A model generated the notes under the pieces. That model saw only the letters and a program-made list of their open reading frames with translations. It was not told where the DNA came from and did no database searches. 24,000 bases of DNA from the sequence record NC_023566.1, one strand, 5' to 3'. The translations under genes and the position numbers were made by a program. Of the stretch, positions 7,681-14,471 are shown in pieces. Position 1 is the first letter of the stretch. The number at the start of each line of letters is the position of its first letter. Source of the DNA: Rhizobium phage vB_RglS_P106B.

Positions 7681-8105
7681 TGATGATGGTCGAACGCGAA
7701 ATATTGGAAGCCTTACAGAAAGGCGTAACCGCCGCTGTTGCCGCGTCCATTCTCCCAACGCTTCCGGTTCGATATAAAGGGCGGATATTTGGAATTCCAA
7801 ACGATGGAAAATATTTAGAAATCGTTCACATTCCAAACAACATCAATGGGGAATTTTGGAACACTGGCAAGACTTATCGCGGGCTGTTCCGGCTCATTCT
7901 TCATTGGCCGGTTGACGATGCTGGCGCATACGCACCTTTGGACGTTATAGCGTCAATTGCTTCACATTTTAGCATTGGTGCGGTCTTCCAAAAAAACAGT
8001 GTTCAGGTTAAGGTTTATCAGGAACCGGACCTGACAGGCGTGATAGAAAGTGCACCTGACCAACTGTTCCCGGTTACGATCCGGTACGAAAGTTTTCAAC
8101 CTTGA
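7680..8105 (+). CDS. tail terminator / DUF4128-like minor tail protein
   Basis: 141 aa between the gp10-like and major tail protein genes. 'LRLILHWPVDD...' and C-term 'FPVTIRYESF' are typical. Confidence 0.65.
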   Translation: MMMVEREILEALQKGVTAAVAASILPTLPVRYKGRIFGIPNDGKYLEIVHIPNNINGEFWNTGKTYRGLFRLILHWPVDDAGAYAPLDVIASIASHFSIGAVFQKNSVQVKVYQEPDLTGVIESAPDQLFPVTIRYESFQP

Positions 8106-8121
8106 ACAAGGGAAATAGGAA

Positions 8122-8913
8122 ATGAAATCTTATTTAGCAATTCTATTAGCGTCTGCATTTGCAAACTCCAATGCGGCGTCCAAATTATACGTTTGCGCAA
8201 CGCCGCAGAATGTTGAACTTGCGCAAGCCGATTATGAAGGCTTGACGTGGGTAGAAATCAAATCGGTTGGATCGCGCGGCGAAACCGGCAAATCAACCAA
8301 CATTCTGACGTATGACACTTGGGATACAACTGTCATTCAGAAGGCCAAAGGCATGACGGACGCCGGATCGCCGGAACTTGAAGTTGCTCGCCTTGCAACT
8401 GATCCTGGTCAAAACATTCTTCGCGCGGCTGGTGCAGTCGGAAACAACAACAATTACGCGTTCCGTGAAGTGCGCGCGGATGGCGCAATCGGCGGAACTG
8501 GCACTATTCGTTACAATCGCGGTCTTGTTGCTGGACCGAAATCGCCGGGCGGTCGAAATGAAGATTTTGACCTTGAATTATTCACAATCGGTTTCCAGCA
8601 AGAAGAAATTGTTGTTAACCCGACTGTTGCCGGAAATCCGCCCGTTCTCACGGTCAACCCGGCAATTACCGGAACGCCGGAAGTTGGCGAAACTCTCACT
8701 GTTAGCGACGGCACGTTTACCGGTGATGCGGTCATCACTTACACCTATCAATGGTTTGCAGGTGGTGTTGCAATTGCGGGCGCGAATGCAAGCACGTTCG
8801 ACCTTACGGCGGCACAACTCGGAAAGGTTATTACCGCCCGCGTGCACGCAACAAACGCTTCCGGTTCGGCGTCCGGTTATGCTGCACCAACGGCGGCTGT
8901 TACCAACCCGTAA
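8122..8913 (+). CDS. major tail protein with C-terminal Ig-like domain and leader-like N-terminus
   Basis: Position before the tail chaperones. 'SKLYVCATPQNVELAQADYEGLTWVEIKSVG...' is the typical tube-protein start, preceded by an 18-19 aa extension. The C-term 'NPAITGTPEVGETLTVSDGTF...TYQWFAGGVAIAGANASTFDLTAAQLGKVITARVHATN' is Ig-like. Confidence 0.8.
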   Translation: MKSYLAILLASAFANSNAASKLYVCATPQNVELAQADYEGLTWVEIKSVGSRGETGKSTNILTYDTWDTTVIQKAKGMTDAGSPELEVARLATDPGQNILRAAGAVGNNNNYAFREVRADGAIGGTGTIRYNRGLVAGPKSPGGRNEDFDLELFTIGFQQEEIVVNPTVAGNPPVLTVNPAITGTPEVGETLTVSDGTFTGDAVITYTYQWFAGGVAIAGANASTFDLTAAQLGKVITARVHATNASGSASGYAAPTAAVTNP

Positions 8914-8951
8914 ACGGCAGTTGCATAAATTTATCCACTCGGATAAACATT

Positions 8952-8975
8952 ACAGGCGGCACAATTGCCGCCTGT
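8952..8975 (+). terminator. terminator/attenuator after the major tail protein gene
   Basis: Perfect 10-bp stem acaggcggca/tgccgcctgt with loop caat, followed by TTTCATTT. Confidence 0.65.
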
Positions 8976-8999
8976 TTTCATTTCAAGGAACCGTTAAAA

Positions 9000-9398
9000 A
9001 TGGCCGATCTTTCGCAGCTTAAACCCGCTGAAATTATCCTCAAGATCAAGCATCCGGCAACCGGACGCCTGACTGGTGTAACCGTCACGATTATGTCAAT
9101 GTTTGACGAACGCATGAAAAGCTTTGTGCGTCAAATCCAGGACCAACGTTTACGCTTGGAAGCACGCGGAAAACATTTCAAATCAGAAGAAATTGAAGAT
9201 AACGGAATTGAACTTGCATTCCGTGCAATGACCGATTGGCATTGGGGAACGGACGAAGACGGAGAAGAAGCAACGTTCAAAGGGAAGAAGCCGGAATTTG
9301 ACAAGGCGACTGTTAAACAAGTGTTGACAGAATTACCTTGGTTCAAAAACCAAATTGACGTTGCAATTAGCGAGGAAAAGGATTTTTTTCAACGCTAG
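9000..9398 (+). CDS. tail assembly chaperone, short form (lambda G-like)
   Basis: 132 aa, 'MADLSQLKPAEIILKIKHPATGRLTGVTVTIMS...'. It lies between the major tail protein and tape measure genes and ends just after a T7 slippery run. Confidence 0.75.
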   Translation: MADLSQLKPAEIILKIKHPATGRLTGVTVTIMSMFDERMKSFVRQIQDQRLRLEARGKHFKSEEIEDNGIELAFRAMTDWHWGTDEDGEEATFKGKKPEFDKATVKQVLTELPWFKNQIDVAISEEKDFFQR

Positions 9399-9766
9399 AA
9401 CGCGATCTTGTTGAAGCAATTCGCGTCAACGTTCGATACAATACCAAGGATGAAAAAGGTGAAACGCGACGGGAGCGCAACGAACGCCATGATGTTCCAG
9501 CGCCGCCCGTCGATATCCCGGAAGCCGGTCAATACCTTTGGGACTGGTATGAACAGGTTGCACGCGGTACGGCACGCGTCCGCGACGGCACTTGCTACCC
9601 GATAGGCTGGACCGAATTTTTAAGTTGGTCCCAAGTGACCGGAACGCTTGTTCATCCCGTAGAGTATGGTATTTTGCACGCTATGGATTGCGCTTTTTGT
9701 GAAGCACTTAACAGTGAATTTGCAGATTATAGAACGCGTGAAAACGAAAAACTGAAACATAAATAA
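9000..9766 (+). CDS. tail assembly chaperone, -1 frameshift product (lambda G-T-like), about 255 aa
   Basis: Slippery T TTT TTT at 9383..9389. The -1 frame is open from there to TAA at 9764-9766: TLERDLVEAIRVNVRYNTKDEKGETRRERNERHDVPAPPVDIPEAGQYLWDWYEQVARGTARVRDGTCYPIGWTEFLSWSQVTGTLVHPVEYGILHAMDCAFCEALNSEFADYRTRENEKLKHK. Confidence 0.75.
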
Positions 9767-9787
9767 ATTTAATTCGGGAGTGTCTTA

Positions 9788-10639
9788 ATGGCTGATCTTG
9801 CCAACATTGGTTTTCGGGCTGACACTTCCGAATTATCAGAAGCAAAGGCGAGTATGGAGGCGCTTGTTCCCGCCGCTGGAAAAGCGTCTGGTGCAATCGA
9901 CAAGTTAGCAACGTCAACCGATAGCGCCGCAACATCTGCCGCCAAAGGTGCAACAGCTAATAACAATTTACGTGCGGCAACTGTTGCAGAAACCGGAGCG
10001 CTAACACAAGCCGCGTCTGCTGCTAATCGTGCCGCAAGTGCTAACGACAACCTTACTACATCGGCAGTAAGAGCCGGTGCAGCCGCTAAGGGTTTGGGTA
10101 GTCAAGTTGGTGTCATATCCGCGCAATTCTCTGACATTGCCGTCCAGTTAGCGGGCGGTCAATCACCGTTTCAAATTGCAATGCAACAGGGAATGCAATT
10201 AGTTGGCATTTTTGGAAATCAAGGATTGGGCGCTGTTGTGCGCGGACTTGGTTCCGCGTTCTTGTCGCTTCTATCGCCGCTCAATCTCCTGACAATTGCA
10301 ACAATCGCGTTAAGCGGTTACGCCGTTCAGTATTTTACCGAATTGTTCAACAGCGGCGAAACTGCAAAAACATCACTTGCCGATCAAGAGGCTTTAATTC
10401 GTTCTGTTGCAACAGCGTGGGGTGATAGCGTTCCAGTATTGCAACAGTATGTTGACCAATTGGAGCGCGCGAAAAATGTTGCTGATCTTAAAGCGTTCCA
10501 GGATCAAGAAAATCTCAAAACGGCTTCTTATTTCATCAAGAGTTTTGAGATTTTCTTGACCAATTGGAGCGCGCGAAAAATGTTGCTGATCTTAAAGCGT
10601 TCCAGGATCAAGAAAATCTCAAAACTCTTGATGAAATAA
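9788..10639 (+). CDS. tape measure protein, N-terminal fragment (reading frame disrupted by rearrangement)
   Basis: 'NIGFRADTSELSEAKASMEALVPAAGKASGAIDKLA...VSVISAQFSDIAVQLAGGQSPFQIAMQQGMQLVGIFG' type tape-measure N-terminus. The frame ends 14 codons after the second repeat copy. Confidence 0.85.
   Translation: MADLANIGFRADTSELSEAKASMEALVPAAGKASGAIDKLATSTDSAATSAAKGATANNNLRAATVAETGALTQAASAANRAASANDNLTTSAVRAGAAAKGLGSQVGVISAQFSDIAVQLAGGQSPFQIAMQQGMQLVGIFGNQGLGAVVRGLGSAFLSLLSPLNLLTIATIALSGYAVQYFTELFNSGETAKTSLADQEALIRSVATAWGDSVPVLQQYVDQLERAKNVADLKAFQDQENLKTASYFIKSFEIFLTNWSARKMLLILKRSRIKKISKLLMK
10452..10521 (+). repeat. 70-bp perfect direct repeat, copy 1
   Basis: Identical to 10556..10625 (offset 104 bp): ttgaccaattggagcgcgcgaaaaatgttgctgatcttaaagcgttccaggatcaagaaaatctcaaaac. 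Confidence 0.97.
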
Positions 10640-10651
10640 GAAGCCGTTTTG
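10516..10651. repeat. 44-bp perfect inverted repeat (arms 10516..10559 and 10608..10651, 48-nt spacer)
   Basis: Base-by-base complementarity of caaaacggcttcttatttcatcaagagttttgagattttcttga with the downstream arm tcaagaaaatctcaaaactcttgatgaaataagaagccgttttg. Confidence 0.95.
10556..10625 (+). repeat. 70-bp perfect direct repeat, copy 2
   Basis: Identical to 10452..10521. Confidence 0.97.
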
Positions 10652-12066
10652 CAGAATTCATTGCGCAAAATGAAGATTATGTTGCAGCAATTGAATTAGC
10701 ATATGATGCAACCGGGCGCAACGATACGGCTTTAGGCAAGCTTGCAACAACGTGGGAAACGTTAAAGCAGAAGCTTGCGGATGGTAAAGCAACACAAGAA
10801 GATTTCAATAACACCATAGACGCAACAAACGCCGCTGTTGCGGAAAGCGGCGGTGAACTTGACGCGTATGGCAGCGCATTTGAAACCTTAGCGAAACGCA
10901 TAATGGTTGCGCTTGGGGCGTTGCAATCGTTCAATGCCGGTATCAATGGCGCATTGGCGAACGCAATCAAAGTGCAGACTGATATCCAAAATAAAACGAC
11001 CGCATTAAGTCAGACGTTCACCGATAAGGACGGTCAATCGCGTGCAATTCGTGATTTCGTACCGCCGAACATTCCACTACCGTCAAGCCGCCCGTTAATC
11101 GAGTTGGAAGGGTTGCCCGGTCAATCGTTCGGCGGTGGCGCGTCTGGCAAAAGCGGCGGTGGCGGTGGAGGCGGCGCGACCGCACAACAGGTAACGGAAC
11201 TGCAAAAGCTTAACACTGAATTGCAGAAGTTGAACTTGCCATTCCAGCAAGCAACAACGGCATTTGGTACGCTACAAACTGCCATGAAAAATGGCACTGT
11301 TGACAACGATCAATATCAACAGTCGTTGAAGCAAATCGAGCAAGCGTTTATTAGTTCGGGCGGAACGTCCGATCAATGGGCGCAAATTGTTGCTGGAAAC
11401 AGCAAAAAGGTTGCCGGTTCGCTCGATGAAGCGAAAGGCATATTTAAAGGATTTGTAACTGATTTTGTTGGCGGCATTCGTCAAGGGAAATCGGTTTGGG
11501 AAAGCTTTGCGGATGCGGCAAATAACGCGCTCAATAAGATCATTGATAAATTGCTGAATAATTTGATCGATGCGATTTTCACCGTCAATAGTGCCGCAGG
11601 TTCGACCGGTGGAGCGGCGGGCGGCGGTGGCGGATTGTTGGGCGGCTTGTTCTCCTGGTTTGGTGGCTTGTTCAGCGCCAAAGGCAACGTGTTTGACGGC
11701 GGTGGAGTGAAGAAATTCGCCAAAGGTGGAACGTTCACCAACTCGATTGTTGACACGCCGACATTGTTCAAATTTGCCAAAGGTACAGGCGTCATGGGTG
11801 AAGCTGGACCGGAAGCAATTGTTCCACTAAAGCGCGGGCGTGATGGATCGTTAGGCGTCCAAATGCACGGCAACGCGGGCGGGAACAATATCACCATTGC
11901 GCCTATCATCAACGTTGAAAGTAAGTCAACCGGCGATGAAAAACGCGATCAAGCGCAAGCACAACGGATTTCCGAAGGCGTGCGCGATGCAGTTGTTTCA
12001 ATCGTTCGTCAAGAATTGCAATCCGCTACCGTTTACGGCGGTTCGTTAAATCCAAGAGGCGCTTAA
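10564..12066 (+). CDS. tape measure protein, C-terminal fragment
   Basis: Continues the sequence 'DQLERAKNVADLKAFQDQENLKTLDEIRSRF...' in another frame. Gly-rich linker and C-term 'GEAGPEAIVPLKRGRDGSLGVQMHGNAGG' are typical of lambda H-like tape measures. The TTG start in the track is probably not real. Confidence 0.85.
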   Translation: MERAKNVADLKAFQDQENLKTLDEIRSRFAEFIAQNEDYVAAIELAYDATGRNDTALGKLATTWETLKQKLADGKATQEDFNNTIDATNAAVAESGGELDAYGSAFETLAKRIMVALGALQSFNAGINGALANAIKVQTDIQNKTTALSQTFTDKDGQSRAIRDFVPPNIPLPSSRPLIELEGLPGQSFGGGASGKSGGGGGGGATAQQVTELQKLNTELQKLNLPFQQATTAFGTLQTAMKNGTVDNDQYQQSLKQIEQAFISSGGTSDQWAQIVAGNSKKVAGSLDEAKGIFKGFVTDFVGGIRQGKSVWESFADAANNALNKIIDKLLNNLIDAIFTVNSAAGSTGGAAGGGGGLLGGLFSWFGGLFSAKGNVFDGGGVKKFAKGGTFTNSIVDTPTLFKFAKGTGVMGEAGPEAIVPLKRGRDGSLGVQMHGNAGGNNITIAPIINVESKSTGDEKRDQAQAQRISEGVRDAVVSIVRQELQSATVYGGSLNPRGA

Positions 12067-12069
12067 TTA

Positions 12070-12435
12070 ATGACCGAAGTTTTCCCCAATTATTCGCCCG
12101 ATTTAGCGAGCGTCCGCACTAAAGTACCGAAAATATTACGCGCTGAATTCAGCGATGGTTATTTTCAAGCAACCGGCGACGGGATCAATCCATATACGGA
12201 GAAATGGGCGTTATCGTTCACCAATCGACCGCTGGCGCAAATTCAAGAAATCGTTGATTTCCTGGACGCGTCCAATGGTGTCATTTCCTGGTATTGGACG
12301 CCACCCGGCGAAGTCGAATTGACACCAACGCCGAAACGTTGGGTTTGCACTCAAGAAGGATATACCGGGCCAAGCAAAGCAGGTCCGGACGCATATTCAG
12401 TTAGCTTTTCCATTGAAAGAGTACAAACTCTATGA
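12070..12435 (+). CDS. phage minor tail protein M-like
   Basis: 'FPNYSPDLASVRTKVPKILRAEFSDGYFQATGDGINPYTEKWALSF' signature; synteny. Confidence 0.8.
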   Translation: MTEVFPNYSPDLASVRTKVPKILRAEFSDGYFQATGDGINPYTEKWALSFTNRPLAQIQEIVDFLDASNGVISWYWTPPGEVELTPTPKRWVCTQEGYTGPSKAGPDAYSVSFSIERVQTL

Positions 12436-13148
12436 CCGCTATTGAAACCGAAGTTCAGAAATTAGAAACTGACAACATTGTCATTCTCTATCAATTGGAC
12501 ACAACACCAATCGGCGGCACCATGCCGTTTTATTTCACGAAACGCATGTATGAGAATTCATACGTATCATTTGGAGGGATTGAATATGCTGCAATTGATA
12601 TTACTGCAAGCGGTTTTCTCTATGATGGTCGCGGCGCATTTCCAACACCAACATTGCAAGTTTCAAACATCAACAATCTTCTAACCGCTATTGTAGTCGA
12701 GTTAAAGGATTTATGCGGCGCTCGATTGACGCGCATAAGGACGTTTGAAGAAAACCTTGACAATGGTTCTGATCCTGATCCCGGCGCGATGTTCCCGCCT
12801 GATATCTATCAAATCGAACAGAAGACGCGGCACAATCGCGTGTTCATCGAATGGAAGCTTTCTAGCATCCTGGACCAAACCGGGCGGCAAATTCCAGCGC
12901 GCACGATGTTGCGTGACGTTTGCACGCATCGATACAGAATTTATAATCCGGCAACAGATAGCTTTGACTATTCAAATGCAACGTGTCCATATGTCGGAAC
13001 CGCTTATTTTGATGAAAATGATTTGACGGTCCCAAAGAACACCGATGCTTGCAGCAAACGCCTTTCAGGTTGCCGCAAGCGATTTGGTCAAAATGGGGAA
13101 TTGCCAATTCGTGCGTTTCCAGGGATTTCAAGAGTGAGAATTAAATAA
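12432..13148 (+). CDS. phage minor tail protein L-like (Fe-S cluster type)
   Basis: Cysteine pattern 'DVCTHRYRIYN...CPYVGTAYFDENDLTVPKNTDACSKRLSGCRKRFG', 'LPIRAFPGISRVRIK'. Synteny M-L-K-I-J. Confidence 0.85.
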   Translation: MTAIETEVQKLETDNIVILYQLDTTPIGGTMPFYFTKRMYENSYVSFGGIEYAAIDITASGFLYDGRGAFPTPTLQVSNINNLLTAIVVELKDLCGARLTRIRTFEENLDNGSDPDPGAMFPPDIYQIEQKTRHNRVFIEWKLSSILDQTGRQIPARTMLRDVCTHRYRIYNPATDSFDYSNATCPYVGTAYFDENDLTVPKNTDACSKRLSGCRKRFGQNGELPIRAFPGISRVRIK

Positions 13149-13897
13149 TGTTCGGTGCAGAAGTCGAAAAAGAAATAATGAAATATTGTAAGTCGCACGC
13201 TCCAAACGAAGCATGCGGCTTTATCAATTCCAGCAACGAATTCGTGCCGATCAAGAATATTTCGAGCGAACCGGAAAAAGCCTTTAAGATGAAAAAAGGC
13301 AGCGTTCCGGACGATGCTAAAGCGTTGGTGCACTCGCATCCAGGCGGGCCGTTTTGCCCGTCCGAAGCGGACATGCAACAGCAAATCGTAACCGATATCC
13401 CTTGGGGAATTTGCTGCTTTAATGAGCGTCATCAAGAAACGTTTTGGTTTGGTGATAATGTTCCGATGCCGCCACTAATCGGACGCGGTTTTAGACACGG
13501 TGTAACAGATTGTTATGCGTTGATCCGCGATTTTTACCGTGCAATTCATGATATTGTTTTGCCTGAATTTCCGCGAAATTGGGAATGGTGGGAAAACAAC
13601 AAAACGCTTTATGAGGACGGCTTTGAAAGCGCTGGTTTCCACAGTGTCAACATCAACGAAATATTGCCGGGTGATGTTTTCTTAGCTACTATCCCGAAAT
13701 CCACCACGCCCAACCACGGCGGGATTTACTTAGGTGACGGTTTGATTTTACATCATTGCGCCGCACGTCAACCTTACGCACCAGACCGTTTAAGTGTTGT
13801 TGATCCTGCTGTTCGATGGATGAGCTACGTAACGAAAGTTTTAAGACATGAAGACGATACAATTAGCCGGGCGGTTGGCCAAAAGGTTTGGGCGTGA
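13148..13897 (+). CDS. tail tip assembly protein K-like: JAB/MPN plus NlpC/P60 domains
   Basis: JAMM motif 'HSHPGGPFCPSEAD' and NlpC catalytic region 'GRGFRHGVTDCYALIRDFY' with downstream 'NHGGIYLGDGLILHHCAARQP'. Confidence 0.88.
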   Translation: MFGAEVEKEIMKYCKSHAPNEACGFINSSNEFVPIKNISSEPEKAFKMKKGSVPDDAKALVHSHPGGPFCPSEADMQQQIVTDIPWGICCFNERHQETFWFGDNVPMPPLIGRGFRHGVTDCYALIRDFYRAIHDIVLPEFPRNWEWWENNKTLYEDGFESAGFHSVNINEILPGDVFLATIPKSTTPNHGGIYLGDGLILHHCAARQPYAPDRLSVVDPAVRWMSYVTKVLRHEDDTISRAVGQKVWA

Positions 13898-14465
13898 ATT
13901 CAAATTTGATGTAGTTTCACCGGCAGAAGCCGTCCGCTTTCTTTGCTATCAGCTTGAAGGATTTGAAGCGGAATTGCGTAAAGGTGCGTACCGCGTTTAT
14001 CGCATTTATGCGAACGGTGAAAAGCGAAATATTGACGAAGATTTGTTAACATTCCAATTCGGAAAAGCAATTGGCGTCCGAATTGAACCGGTTATTGAAG
14101 GACGCAAGCGCGGCGGCATCGGTAAAATTATCTTAGGCATTGTTCTAATCGGTGCGGCGTTTTTCTTCTCCGGTGGCGCGTTAGGAGCAACCGCTTTCAC
14201 GGCATTTGGTAACGGTGTCACATATGGGCAAATCGCGCTTGTTGGCGGCTTGATGGCACTTAGTGGAGCTGCACAAATGCTTGCTCCGAAAGTGTCAACG
14301 AACACCGATCAGAAAGAGGAAAAAGGATCGTTCTTAATCAGCGCTCCGGAAAACAAAATTGAACAAGGTCATCCGGTGCCGCTTGTTTACGGTTTAACGC
14401 ATGTTGGAACCGTCATGGCTTCCGCTGGCATTTCCGTTGAAGAATATGATGACGATGAGGATTGA
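13848..14465 (+). CDS. tail assembly protein I-like
   Basis: 205 aa: ubiquitin-like N-term 'MKTIQLAGRLAKRFGREFKFDVVSPAEAVRFLCYQLEGF', Gly-rich hydrophobic middle, 'PLVYGLTHVGTVMASAGISVEEY' C-term. It overlaps the K gene by 50 bp. Confidence 0.82.
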   Translation: MKTIQLAGRLAKRFGREFKFDVVSPAEAVRFLCYQLEGFEAELRKGAYRVYRIYANGEKRNIDEDLLTFQFGKAIGVRIEPVIEGRKRGGIGKIILGIVLIGAAFFFSGGALGATAFTAFGNGVTYGQIALVGGLMALSGAAQMLAPKVSTNTDQKEEKGSFLISAPENKIEQGHPVPLVYGLTHVGTVMASAGISVEEYDDDED

Positions 14466-14471
14466 TGCAAT

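Noticed and set aside
8378-9022. 214-aa plus-strand ORF overlapping the major tail protein
   Set aside because: Alternate frame of the tail gene with non-protein-like composition. It crosses the attenuator hairpin and ends inside the chaperone gene.
10452-10651. Interpretation of the repeat as a transposon insertion, target-site duplication or intein
   Set aside because: The intervening sequence is only 34 bp and is the reverse complement of adjacent tape measure sequence. No foreign ORF or element termini are present.
11146-11190. G/C-rich simple repeat (GGCGGTGGCGGT...) as a regulatory element
   Set aside because: In-frame poly-glycine linker of the tape measure protein, common in this family.
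11481-11912. 143-aa minus-strand ORF (Pro-rich) within the tape measure gene
   Set aside because: Antisense shadow of the Gly-rich tape measure C-terminus. Proline tract mirrors Gly codons, and there is no RBS or operon context.
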